NCBI GenBank assembly: GCA_000388065.2
Contig: KB932209.1
Length of the DNA: 64,000 bases
From: Fonticula alba ATCC 38817
Lineage: Eukaryota > Protista > Nucleariida
Reading direction: 5' to 3' (one strand)
Part shown: piece by piece, positions 37,131 through 49,349 of the stretch
Position numbering within the stretch: the stretch's first letter is position 1
Layout: the number at the start of each line of letters is the position of its first letter
Notes under the pieces: generated by a model
What the model was told of the DNA's origin: nothing
What the model saw: only the letters and a program-made list of their open reading frames with translations
Database searches by the model: none
Position numbers and translations under genes: made by a program

Positions 37131-40100
37131 ATGTCCACCGGCGAGCTCCCCACCCAGCTGACTGAGCAACTGAAGACCTTTGTCCGTTTGCGTCCAGTTC
37201 AGCTGACACAGCCGCCGTCGGTTGTCCCCTGTAGCACCAACAAACATGATCTACTGATCGAGGTTCGTGCAACACGCACCTTTTGCCGATTTGCCGGCCA
37301 GTTCCACTGACATCCATGGCACTGTCTTGCACGCCTGTAGCGCGCCCCGGCCAAGGCAGGCGCATCGCGGGAGCCGCCACAGCGGTTTCGCTACACGCAC
37401 GTCTTCCCAGAGGACACCTCCCAGGAGGACTTCTTTCGCGAGACCACCCTTCCTCTGGTTCGGGACATGTTCACTGGCACGGTACGCCGGACACATGGAC
37501 ATGCACGCACGCACGCACGCACGCGTGCACGCGCGCGCGCGCACACACACACACAAAACACATCTGTCTACGTTCTGCCTGAGCCCAACATCGGAGATAC
37601 TAACCTGGAAGTTCTTTCCCCTTCGCTCCGCATGCTTTGCATGGGCTTGCTTGCATGCATATGCGTGCCTCTTACACCGGCCAAACATTAGAACACCCTC
37701 TTCTTTGCGTATGGTGTCAGTGGCGGGGGGAAGACCTTCACCCTTGATGGCTCCGCCTCCCAGCCGGGAGTCATCCCACGCGCCCTCAGTGCCATCTTTC
37801 AGACGATCGGTGACTACCAAACCGAAGTGCCAGTGCGTTGTTCCCCGGCTGGCGCCTGCTTGCTCTGCCGCCATACTCACGATCGCCGGACTCCGGCAAC
37901 ATGAATGCACTGCTCCCTGCTTGGACGCTCACCCATACATACACGCGCATGCACAGGTCAAGCCCGCACACTTTGATGGGATCGAGCTGTTTGATGCACA
38001 CGACCGGGCGGAGAAGGAGTCGGCAGGCATCCTGGCGGCGGCACTTGCCTCAAGCAGCGTGCGTTCATTCCCATCCGCCATGATGCCACCCATCACCCGG
38101 CCGGTGGGGGGGGGACTGGGCGGGACGGGAGGGGGGCAAAAAAATTCTGACCCTCATTCATGTTATCTGCCTTTCCAGCGCTCAACTATCGGCGCCACGC
38201 CGTCCACACCACGGCGCGGCCTGGCTCGCAACGTGAGCCACCTCCTTCCGCTGGCCATCCCCGGGTCGGATCTCTATAGCTCGGAGCTGGCGGAGTCTCT
38301 CTGTCTCGGGGACACGTACTCGGATGATCTTCAGGGTGCGTGTCCTCTCATCTCGAGCCATGTGGGGGAGGGGCCCATTCTCGCGATCAGGGCAAACCCC
38401 TTTGGGCATGTTGCTGTTGACCATTCCCACTGACCAAGGCTGCTCGTGCATGATGCTCAGCCCTGGCCGCCGTGGAGAGCACTCGCTTTTCGGTGTGGGT
38501 CAGTGCGTGCCAGATTTACAACCGAGTCATCAGCGATCTGCTGGTGGAACCGGCCACCGATGGGCGTCTTTCCTCTTTTGGGGTTCCCTCTACGCCGGGC
38601 GGTGGCGACCGTCGGCGCACCGGGTCGACCTTTCCCCTGGCCACTCCCTCGACGCCGTCGACCTCCTCGGCGGCGACGGCGGCAGCAGCCGCGGCGTCTG
38701 GGTCCTTTCCCTTCGGGAGCTCCTTCGGCGTGACCGGCATGCCCGGGGGCACGCGCGTGTCCACTGCTCCGGCGCCGGGCGCCGGGGGCGGGGCCGGTGG
38801 CGGAGGCTTCGGCTGTCCGGTTGGCCTCGGCTCCGGCTCCAGTGCCCCGGTGGTCACCGACAATGGCTACATTCATGGGCTGGTGGAGGTGCGCGTCCGG
38901 TCCATGCGCGAGGCCTTTGCCCTGATCGCGCGCGCACGCGAGCATCGCGCCCGGGCGGCTACCTCGCAAAATGTGGCCTCCTCAAGGTCGCACTCGATCT
39001 ACTTCATCCGAGTCCTGCAATTCCCGGTGGCCCCGGGGGCCTGTAGCGACACCGGCTCGATGGCCGAGGTTCTGGTTGACCCGAAGGCCGTGCGCACGAG
39101 CCGTCTAGTTCTCGTGGACATGGCCGGGGCCGAGCGGAGCAAGAAACTGAACCACTCCAGTGCTGAGCGCCAGCGCGAGTCAAATCGCATCAATGAGACG
39201 GTCCTCCACCTGAATGCCTGCCTGGAGGCACTTCGCAACAAGCAGTCCGGTGGCTCGAGTGGCTTCTACTCCTGGTCCTCGGACAAGTTGACTAAGCTCT
39301 TCCAGCCGTACTTCACCGGGGCTGGCAAGGCGGTGCGCCTGCTGGGTGGCCGATTTCCCGGCCGGCGTGGGGGCCGAGGACCGGCTGTCGGCCTGCCTTT
39401 TGCCGGTCCATTTCTCTTCCCTCGGTCCCCTTCTTGGAGCTGACCCTCCTCTCTCTCTCTCTCTCTCTCTCTCCCGCCCATTAGGCCATGGTTCTCAATG
39501 TGAACCCTGATCCCGAGCTTGTCAAGGAAACCTTTCACGCATTGCAGGTGGGCTCAGTGGCCCAGCAACTTCGGACCACCCGACAGCGGGCCCGGCCCAT
39601 GGTTGACATCCATGATCCGACCCGTGCGCATCCGACTCGACCTCCGGGCCCCATGTGCCACCTTCGACTTCGCCCTGGCTGACCTTGCTTTTTGCCTGCC
39701 CCCCTCGCCCTTTGTCGGCTGCCCTGCCTGCCTGCCTTCCGGACGGCCAGTGGCTCGGCTGCCCTCCTCCTTCCAGAGCTACCAGGCTCCATTCATGGAC
39801 AGCGGTGGGTCATACCTGACGGCACTGTCCGGGAGTCAGACGCCCACCGTGCAGGCGGTCAAGCGGTCGCGTGCGACTCCGACACTTGAGCAAGCACAGA
39901 ACACATACAGCGCTCGGGCCATGAGGTACCATATGAAGCACGGCCGCGAGGCGGCGACGACGCCCATTCGCATTGTCGGCGGCCGGACCGGGCAGGTGGC
40001 CGCTTCGGCGGGTGGCTCGCCACGCCTGCTGCTTGAACATCCGTGGGATTTGGCCCATGGGACGGGCAATGTCGGCACCGGCACCCCGCTCCGAGCTGGC

Positions 40101-42000
40101 TCCTCGCCGGGCGGGGCGCTGGATATCACGCTGGCCGGGCCATTGGCCACCCCTCGGCGGTGGGCCCGGCCGGATCCCCTCCGGACCCCGGGCAGCGGGC
40201 CCGCCCTGCCACTCATGCATGGTGATGACGAGGAGGAGGATGTGGTTTTGCTGCCGGATGCGCTGATTGCTCGGGACTCGGAGCGCCTGCTGGGCTCGAT
40301 TGCCGCGGAGATTGCCTCCCTGAAGCAGCGAGCCGAAGCGTGTCGCGACTGTGCGGCCCGGGCCATTGCCAGTGCCCAGAGCATCGACATTGAGAATGCC
40401 GTCAATGAGGCGAAGGCCGAGCTCATGGGTCAGGCCCTGTTGCAGCGGGATTCCCTTGCCCGTTCGGTGCGCTTTCCGTTCGCCCTTTTTTTTTTCCCCC
40501 CCCGGGCTGTGTGCGCATTTTGGTGGGGGCGAAAAAGGGCCGAGCGAAAGGGCACAAGTTCCTTTGCCGTGTGCCATGTGGCACGTCCGTCTTCGTTGGC
40601 TTTCTAACCGGCATGGCTCTCCTGGGACAGGCTTCTGAGGTGGAGACTTCTGGCGGGGCCGACGCCCCAAACAGCGTGGCACTGGCTCTGATGCAAGACA
40701 AGGCCCAGTTGGAGAATGCCCTGTACGAGGCGCGGCTGGCGGCCGACGCGGCGGATCAGCGAGCATACTCCACGGTGCACGCATATGCGGACCGCCTGCG
40801 CCAGGCGTTCGTCGAGTCCGACCGGCTGTCGAGCGAAAACCGCAAGCTCCGCGAGGAACTGTCCCGGCTGCGGTCGATTCTATCGAACAGTGGCGCTGCA
40901 CCGGGGTCGCCATCGCGCGGGTCGCCGGCTCCGGCTGACCAGCCCAGCGGCAGCACTCCGGACCGCGGGTACCACTCGCCTACCGGCCAGGCTCCCCTGC
41001 TGGAAGAAGAGGCACTGTCAGTGACTGCCTCGCCGCTTTTCCCCCCAGCAGCGGCAGCGGCGGCAACATCATCGTCATCATCGTCGTCGCTGATGGCGCC
41101 GTCATCATCGTCGCTAGCGTCGTCGTCGCCGTCGCCGTCACCGTCGTCGCCGTCGTCACCCCGGTCGCCCAAGGAACCGGCCAAGCCAATGGCCACAGAT
41201 GAGCCGAGCGTCGAGACAGCCTCGGCGCACTCCAGTACCCTGGATTTTTCGCCCGGTGATGAGGGGTTCGTCGATGCTGCCGACTTTCATTGTGAGCCAA
41301 CTTCTCCCTCGCCCACGGGGATGTCGGTCTCCGATACGCCGGTCGCTGCCGGGGGGTGGCCTGTCGCCCTGTCAAACAAGCAGGCAGATCTCACCCTCAC
41401 AGATAGCCCCTCCGAAGGGGGGGATATGCTGGTGGATGCGGTGGGGGAGGCCCCTGTGTCTCCGGTCCCTTCATCGCCGGACCCACCGTCCGGGCCCACT
41501 CCATCATGGGCAGTCGCTCCATCTAGCCCGGCCTCCGGGGGAGAAGGTGTCGATAGCCTGGCGACTCGGACTGCCGGGTCCCCTCCGCGCACACCCTCCC
41601 GTGCTGAGGGGGCCATCAAGGAAGAATGTTCCCCCGATGGGGGGACAGCGTCCGCCAAACAGGGGTCCTCCATTTCCACCCTTCGGCCCAAGCGGTGCGC
41701 ATTGTGCAATTCCCTCGGGCAGCCTGCTCCCTGTCTTTGCGCATCCCGCCCTGCTTTCGCTCTGCGTCTCCCCCTTGCCTTCTCTGACATACATGCCACA
41801 CACACACACACACATGCAGGGTGATGCTTCGGAAGCGCACGGTCGACATGACGGCCTCCTCTCTGGACGCGGTGCGTCAATTCTTGACATGTATTTTTGT
41901 TCCCCCCTCATCAAGAGGCAGGGAGGGGCGGGAAGGGGGGGGGGGGGGGGGGGAAGAGGGCAGAGCCCATCGTGCACCCCAGCACCATCCTTCCACCTGA
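37131..42000 (+). CDS. Kinesin, kinesin-6 (MKLP/KIF20/KIF23)-like, N-terminal motor; exons 37131-37262, 37341-37481, 37692-37832, 37957-38058, 38179-38335, 38461-39332, 39485-39601, 39777-40466, 40631-41694, 41820-41871, 41983-42000
   Basis: KTFVRLRP, FRYTHVFPEDTSQEDFF, P-loop YGVSGGGKT, a long loop-6 insertion typical of kinesin-6, FSVWVS..QIYN, switch I SSRSHSI, switch II DMAGAER, KLTKLFQPYFTGAGKA|AMVLNVNP, then a coiled coil and Ser/Pro tail. The 39602 donor and the last exon are less certain. Confidence 0.88.
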
Positions 42001-42403
42001 TGACGGCCTACCTTGGCGACTAACCTACCACCCGCTGGGGTCCCCTCACCACCTGCTGGGGTCCCCTCCCGCATAGACCCCCTCTCCGGGAGCACGGAAG
42101 ACTGCCACCAAGTCGGCCGCGGCTTTGGCGGCCGCGGCGGCCGCGGAAATTGGCCCGGCCGGCCCAGCAATCCTCTTTACGGCTGGGAGAATCTGACAGA
42201 AAGGCAGCGAAAGAGATGGAGAGAGGGAGAAAGGGGGAGGGGATGCCCGAGCGGGCATGCTGGCCTCTTTCTTCCTCTCCGGTCGCTGTGGCTTGCCGGA
42301 AATATAGTCGTCCTTGTGTGAGGCCTTTGTGTGTGCATGTTCTATCGAGGCCGCCTGGAGGGGCTTTGCCCCGGCGGCGGGGAGGATATGGAGGTGCTTT
42401 AGC

Positions 42404-43171
42404 TCAGTCTGTGATGATGTCGGCAACAGGAGCATCAACAAGACCATCATCACCGTCATCATCTGGGGAATCCATGGCGCGATGGGGGACATCGGACGCC
42501 GGCGGCAAGGAGTCATCACTTTCCGGATGTGCTGAGGCAGGCGCTGACAGGAGGGGTGCTGCCTCATGGAGTACCGGCAACAGGGGATCGGCGTCGGTGG
42601 CAGCGTCAAGGACCGCCTCGCTGGACCTCGAGGAATCGGCCTGTGCGGAGGGAGTTGGCGGGCGGAGCAGGATCCGAGTCCCATGGTCGTCGGCCTGTTG
42701 CTGGAAGTGGGCCACATCCTCGGCATCAAACAGGCCAGAGGCCAATAGTGCCGCATTTTCCGTCTGACAAGTAGAGGGAAGGTCAGAACCCGCCGACAGG
42801 GGAGGGGCAGGAAGAGGGAGAGAAAGAGGAGCAGGAAGAGGGGGGGGGGGAGGGGGGAGGAGGGCTGGGGCCAAGAGGGCGGTGATTGTCCGGGGTCGGC
42901 GGAGCAGCGGAGTGCAGGCGAGGCGCCAGGGACAGGAGTGTACCTCGAGCATGGCCAGTGCGTCACAGAGACGAGACTCGAGGGCAGCAAAATCGTCGAT
43001 GGTGCGGGTGGCTACCATGCACAGACGATCGGCATACTCCATCCGGGTCTCCAGGCCGAGGCGCGAACCGAACTTGGCGTCCGGCAGAAGGTAATGCGCG
43101 GAGGGGGAGCGGGAGTAGGATCGCGCGGATGTCGCTCCAGGCCGGTATTTCCCGGCCGATCGGGGCTTCAT
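42404..43171 (-). CDS. Hypothetical ~195-aa protein with a short helical/coiled-coil N-half and acidic tail; exons 43171-42944, 42763-42404
   Basis: ATG follows a pyrimidine-rich leader; GTACAC donor and TTGTCAG acceptor join at phase 0 (...LCDALAMLE|TENAALLASG...); the intron is C/T-rich like others. Confidence 0.5.
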   Translation of the reverse strand: MKPRSAGKYRPGATSARSYSRSPSAHYLLPDAKFGSRLGLETRMEYADRLCMVATRTIDDFAALESRLCDALAMLEVHSCPWRLACTPLLRRPRTITALLAPALLPPPPPPLPAPLSLPLPAPPLSAGSDLPSTCQTENAALLASGLFDAEDVAHFQQQADDHGTRILLRPPTPSAQADSSRSSEAVLDAATDADPLLPVLHEAAPLLSAPASAHPESDDSLPPASDVPHRAMDSPDDDGDDGLVDAPVADIITD

Positions 43172-46100
43172 GAGGTGGAGGAAGCGAGAAAGGGGGACGG
43201 AGAGGAGGGACGGAGAGGAGGGAGGGGGCAAGGGAGGGGGGGGAGGAGATGTGGTGTCTTTGAGCATGCTAAAAAGCGCCGAGGCGCTTCGTCGATCGCG
43301 CCCCGGATCGGGCATCCTGGGTGCCGGAAAGCCGTGCCGCAGGGCCGATCGCTGGTGAGGGCACGCAGGTCCGTTGGGGGCAGCGGGCCAGGGAGCCGCT
43401 GGCTGCCGGCCCCGGAAGAGGGTTGGCGCGGAGCGGCAAGGCGGCTTTCATTCCCACCCCTGGGCTACAGGGAGGGAGGGAGGGAGCCCAGAGGGGGCTG
43501 GCCCGACCAGGGGCACCCCAACGAGGGGGAGGGGGGGGGCGGACCCTTCAGTGGGGGCCGAAAGGGGCGCCAGGAGGAACATGTGCGGGCGAGGGGCCAA
43601 TGTGGAAATCGAGAGGCGGCCGCGGAGTGGCGAGGCCAGGCATGCCCAGGGGGCAACAGGGAAGAACACACAGACGAGGGACAGGCGCCGGGGAAGGGAC
43701 ACCATGTGGGAGGGCGGGAGGGGGGAACATGTGTTCAGATAGGCCGCCCCACAGCCGCCCTCCGAAGGGCGAGTCGCATGCCAACCACCCGGCACTACGG
43801 CCTGCCAGCCCGAGAGGAATACATACACGCATGCATGCCCGGGGGGCAACACAAGTGCGCCGGCCTGGGAGATCATCGGCGAACCAGAGAGGCGAGGCGG
43901 CCGGGGGGGGAGGGGGGGCAGAAAAACTGCCAATGCTCGGAGCCTCGGGCTGTAGGCGCGCCCGCCCCCGCCCCCCCCCCCCCCTGCCGCCACGGGGCGC
44001 CAGGAAATGTGCATCTGGATATTATTTTGGGACTAAAGTGTCCGGGAGGCGCAGGGTCCGGGGCCCGGGGTCCGGACCAGCAAGCACGCTACCAGACCAG
44101 TCTCTGCCACGGGCCCGGCCGATGGACCTGCCACAATCTTGCCACACTCCGGTCTAGAAGATACTGCCCTTTTTCAGCTGCACCCCGGCGGACGGGAGGC
44201 AACCGAACCTCGGAACTGGAGCGGGACGGGGGGGGGGGGGCGGAGGGCGGTCCGTCCGGCGGCACATTCCTGGCCGGAGGCGGGCGAGCCCCCCTCCCCC
44301 CCCGCCGCCAGGCCCCGCCGGGCCCCACCACGCTCCTCCCCCCGGGGCTGGCTCTGGTGCGAGTCGGGGCGTTCTTGAGGGGGCACCAGAGCTGGGAGGT
44401 GATCTCGCTGGGTGCTTGCCCTGGCCTCGAGCTGGGGTGTCCGCGCCTGGCCCCGGCGGGGGGGGGGGGGGGGGGACCTCTGCCGAGAACGCTCGGGCCT
44501 TGGGCCAGTGTCGGCGGCAGCTTGTACAGGCCGGGGAGCCACAGCCCGGGGCCCCGAGACCGCATTTCGGCGCACACATCCCTCTCTCTCTCTGTCCCTC
44601 TCCCTCGTAGGCCCTGTCTCCGGCTCGCTTTTATCTGGCAGCGTGCGACGATGCGATTTCCTCCCCCACGGCCCTGTGTGATAAGGAGTCATCAACAGCC
44701 GGGCTGCGGTCCCGGAACCGTGTGTGGGAGAGAGAAAGTCAAGGGCCGGTGTCCCGATAGCCGGCAGACGGGCCACCGGCCTGGAAAGGGCCGAGATGGC
44801 CCGAGCCTTTTTGACAGATACCAGGCACCCGTCCTCCGCCCAGGCCGTGCGTGTATATGGGGGGCGGTCTGCGGAGTGTGAGGTGCCCCCCCCCCCCCCG
44901 CACCGTAGGCCTGCCAGGACGCGCCATCGTCCTGGCCTGCCCCCTTGGCCCCCCCCCCGCCCTGAAGAGTGAGCGACAAGCCACACGCACGGCCACCCCC
45001 CCACACCACCCCCCGGGCGGGGGGGGGGGAGGGGGGCGAGCGGGGCTCACGCACCCGGCTGCCTTGCACCCGGGCGATGTGAGCAATAACAACGCTGGCA
45101 ATATAAGCCCACCCTGCCGGCCGAACGCACCGGAGGGACCCCTCCCGGGGGGCGGGGCCAACTGAGCCGCCCTTGCCAGGGTCGGGGGCCAGGCGTGGTT
45201 GGTCAGCACCGGCAGACGAACTGGGAGCAGGGCGCTCCGAAGGTCGAGCGAGGGGCATGTGTGTGTGTGTGCGCCCTGATCGGGCGTGGGGCGCTCGGAG
45301 GGAGGGCGAACGCACGCACGCCGTCTCCACCGTGCAGCTTGAGGGCCCGAATCAGAAATGTGATGATGCGGACGGTTGGCGCTCCCTGCCCGGGGGGGGG
45401 GGGGGGGGGCGAGAACGGTGAAACGGCCACTCGGCGTAGGCTTGCGGAGGGCGCACTCGTCCGGCACGGTTCCGGGGGAATTCACCCCTAGCTGGGGAGA
45501 GAAGCACACACGCGCGAGGACCCTAGAACAGGTAGGCGAAAGGGCAATACCGACCACACGCACGTAGTGGTGGTGTTTACTTGCATGCGCAGGGCACACC
45601 CACACACACTCATGCATGTACGGTATCCCTGTCCCCCAGCAATGAACAGCCCCGCCGGGCTGTACAAGGAATATCTTTTCGCCCCCCGGCCGCTCCGGTC
45701 CCTAGTTGGGCCAAGCCGACACTGGGGCCATCAAACACGGCGCACAGAATACGGAAGTCTTCCCCTNNNNNNNNNNNNNNNNNNNNNNNNNNNNNNNNNN
45801 NNNNNNNNNNNNNNNNNNNNNNNNNNNNNNNNNNNNNNNNNNNNNNNNNNNNNNNNNNNNNNNNNNNNNNNNNNNNNNNNNNNNNNNNNNNNNNNNNNNN
45901 NNNNNNNNNNNNNNNNNNNNNNNNNNNNNNNNNNNNNNNNNNNNNNNNNNNNNNNNNNNNNNNNNNNNNNNNNNNNNNNNNNNNNNNNNNNNNNNNNNNN
46001 NNNNNNNNNNNNNNNNNNNNNNNNNNNNNNNNNNNNNNNNNNNNNNNNNNNNNNNNNNNNNNNNNNNNNNNNNNNNNNNNNNNNNNNNNNNNNNNNNNNN

Positions 46101-46666
46101 NNNNNNNNNNNNNNNNNNNNNNNNNNNNNNNNNNNNNNNNNNNNNNNNNNNNNNNNNNNNNNNNNNNNNNNNNNNNNNNNNNNNNNNNNNNNNNNNNNNN
46201 NNNNNNNNNNNNNNNNNNNNNNNNNNNNNNNNNNNNNNNNNNNNNNNNNNNNNNNNNNNNNNNNNNNNNNNNNNNNNNNNNNNNNNNNNNNNNNNNNNNN
46301 NNNNNNNNNNNNNNNNNNNNNNNNNNNNNNNNNNNNNNNNNNNNNNNNNNNNNNNNNNNNNNNNNNNNNNNNNNNNNNNNNNNNNNNNNNNNNNNNNNNN
46401 NNNNNNNNNNNNNNNNNNNNNNNNNNNNNNNNNNNNNNNNNNNNNNNNNNNNNNNNNNNNNNNNNNNNNNNNNNNNNNNNNNNNNNNNNNNNNNNNNNNN
46501 NNNNNNNNNNNNNNNNNNNNNNNNNNNNNNNNNNNNNNNNNNNNNCTCCGGCCGCCTCGCCTCTACTCGCTGCGAGTACTCCCCATCCACCTTCCCGCTC
46601 CAGCACTCCGGTCAGGTTCGCACCCCTCCCCCCCTATGCAACGACCGCTGCTGTTGCTGTTGGCAT

Positions 46667-46670
<4 letters not shown>

Positions 46671-46700
<30 letters not shown>
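46671..46700. repeat. (GCT)10 trinucleotide repeat in the probable intron upstream of the FYVE-ARM ATG
   Basis: Read directly; lies between a GTTCGC donor (46616) and the CAG acceptor (46793-46795). Confidence 0.8.
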
Positions 46701-46704
<4 letters not shown>

Positions 46705-46795
46705 CCACCGCCTTCCATTCCGCTACCGCCACCACCATGACCATCGTCGCCTCTGCTGCGGGGCTAACACATCCCTCCTCCCGCCCCCGTGACAG

Positions 46796-49349
46796 ATGCC
46801 TCCGAAGCGTTCCAACAAGACCCTGGTCTTGCCGGCTGGCGCCCGGCCTCCCCTCCGCCTGACGCCCCCCCCCTGGGTCCCGGATGAGGAGGTCTCCAAC
46901 TGCCGCATGTGCCACGCCCCCTTCACCCAGCTCAACCGGCGTGTGCGTGCTTCCACCCTCCTGCCTCTTATTGGCTACTCCGACATCTGACCCCCACCCC
47001 CGTCCCCGTCCCCCTTGCCCTTCTCTTTGCCTTCTCCCGGCCCTTTTGACACTGCTGGCGGATGCCCACAGCACCACTGCCGCCAGTGGTATGTTTCCCC
47101 ATCTCCCCTCCCTCTCTCTCTCTCTCTCTCTCTCCCCGCGCCCGCCCCCGCTGCCCAGCCACCCTCTAATTCCCCTCCCCTTCGCTTTGCTTTCCTCCCC
47201 CCCCCCCCGATCCCCAACACAACCACAGCGGTGACATCTTCTGTCACTCGTGCTCGAGCAAGAAGATCCCCATGCCCCAGTTTGACTTCGCCCGGAATGA
47301 GCGTGTCTGCCGCGCTTGCACTCCCATCACCACCTACGTGGCTGATGCCTCGAGCGACCTCTTTCCCGAGAAGCAGAGCGCCGCGGCCAAGTCCATCGCC
47401 GAAATGGCCCGTCGTACGTGTCTATCTTTCCCCTCCTCGGCCCATAGCCCATCGCTCGCAGTTCTAACTTGCCTTGCTGCCCTCCTCTCTTCCCTTCCTC
47501 CTCCGCCCTGCCCCCTCCCCCCCTCCTCCTCCCCTGGCCACCCACTTCCCGGCACGCGCCCAACAGAGGAGGACGGCTTCAGCAAGATTGTCCTCTACGG
47601 CGGCATTGGCGCCCTGATCTACCTGTGCAACTCCACCAATGAGGACGTCCTCCTGAATGCCATCCAGGCCCTGCACACCCTGGTTCAGATCGACACCGCC
47701 CAGAACACCATCTTCAACCAGGGTGTCCTGCTCCCCCTCTTCAACATCTGCAAGGGCACTGAGGAGGATAGCGCGGTGAACAACCTCTTTGTCATGCATT
47801 GCGCGGTGAACATTCTCTTTGTGTTCTCCCGCAACGGTGCGTCCACGTGTGCCCTGTGTCCCATTGCCTGCTTGCAGTGTGGACACCCCATTTGCATGGG
47901 CGAATGATGGCGCAGACAAAGCTGGCTGGCCTGATGCTGAAGCTGACCTGTCCCCCCCCCCCCCCCCCTCCCCCTCCCCCTCACCTCAGTGGACATCTGC
48001 CGCTCGGTCATCTCGGATGGTGGCTTCCATCCGCTGGTGGCCATGTGCAATCGCAAGCTCCCCCCCAATCGCCCGACCTCGGTGACTGTGCAGAACCAAG
48101 CCATCACTCTGAGCTCGGTGCAGGGGATCGCCGCGCGTACCATTTCTTACCTTTCTATGAACTGTGCGCCCACACATCCGCCGCACGCCACCACACAGGC
48201 CCACAACCACACACATGTCTTGCCTGTGCTTCTCCCTCCCCCTCTCCTTCGCACGCCAATCTCACTCTCCCACCCACCCGCCCGCCCTCCTCCCCGGCGC
48301 GCTATGCACATGAGCAGCCAAGAACCAGGAGCTGATCATCGAGGACCGGCATAATGGCCCGGACAAGCTGCTCAACCTCCTCAGCCACGAGAATCAGCAT
48401 GTCCGCAAGTACATCACCAAGACCTTCGCCTACCTGTCCCTGCGCCAGGATGACCTGAAGCCCAAGATTCTCAGCGCCCAGGGTACCCAGCTGCTGGCCA
48501 ACCTCATGGAGACCGAGACCGTTCGCGAGACCCTTTCACACGCCAGCTGCACCATCGCCAACCTGGCCACCAACAGCAGCAACCACGACTCGCAGGTGCA
48601 CACCCACCTGCTCGGGGCCCTGTGCCGCCTGGCGGTTCGGAAGAAGGACGACGCGGAGATCCAGCGCCACATTGCCCGCGGTCTGGCGAACCTGGCCCTG
48701 TACCCGGAGAACAAGCGTGCCCTGGTGGATGAGGCTCTCGAGCAGCTCATTGCCCTGGGCAACACTTCCAACCTGGAGATCCAGCGCCACGTTGTGCGGG
48801 CCATTGACAACATCCTGAATGATGGTGCGTGCGCGCGCGCGCGCGCCCATGTGTTGATCGGGGGCTCGGGGGGGGGGGGGGGCATTCTTTGCGGGCGGAG
48901 GGGCGCACGCTCCCGCTGCGTCTGCTTTTCTTTTGCCTGTGCATGCATGCCACGGTTATGCTTTTTCGACCTCGCGAGCTGACCCCCACTTTTCCCTCTT
49001 TCCTGCCCCCTGTGACACACACACACACTCTCTCTCTCTTCGATGCGCAGCCCCTGATGACATCATCCTGGCCCTGCATAAGGCCGACGTTCTCAGCCTT
49101 CTTGAGGCCATTTCCACAAACCGCTCCCAGCAGTCTGTCACCCAGGGCATGCAGGTGGGCCAGCACCAGGCCTTCTCGGAGATCCTGCGCCGCTGCAATG
49201 AGACCTCCTCGCGCCTGAACCGCGCCATCGCCAAGGCCACCAAGGCCGGGGGCGAGGGTGGCTCGGAGGGCGCCGCTGACGACGAGGTTGCCGGCATCCA
49301 GGAGTCTCTGGCTGCGGTCGACGTGTCCAACAACGACGCCTCGCCGTAG
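46796..49349 (+). CDS. FYVE zinc finger plus armadillo-repeat protein; exons 46796-46942, 47072-47088, 47229-47413, 47567-47836, 47990-48163, 48318-48824, 49051-49349; an upstream exon ending at 46615 probably exists
   Basis: Complete FYVE signature WVPDEEVSNCRMC..F....RR|HHCRQ|CG.IFC.SCS....RVCRAC. ARM repeats such as GGIGALIYLC, EIQRHIARGLANLA, LEIQRHVVRAIDNIL. All phases are consistent. A branch point GCTAAC (46763-46768) and CAG directly precede the ATG. Confidence 0.9.

Noticed and set aside
106-42943. Several introns are 3n long and stop-free (106-375, 4909-5073, 9220-9417, 38059-38178, 42943-42764), suggesting regulated retention
   Set aside because: One third of introns are 3n by chance, and stop-free reading is expected in C-rich sequence. 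Several would break conserved domains.
47900-47950. ATGATGG...CTGA repeats in a FYVE-ARM intron
   Set aside because: Imperfect box C and no guide; the CTGA(C) copies are better explained as branch-point sequence.
24289-49349. Apparent endolysosomal gene cluster (PX-like, CCZ1-like, FYVE-ARM)
   Set aside because: Unrelated genes are interspersed, two of the three calls are tentative, and trafficking genes are common enough to co-occur by chance.
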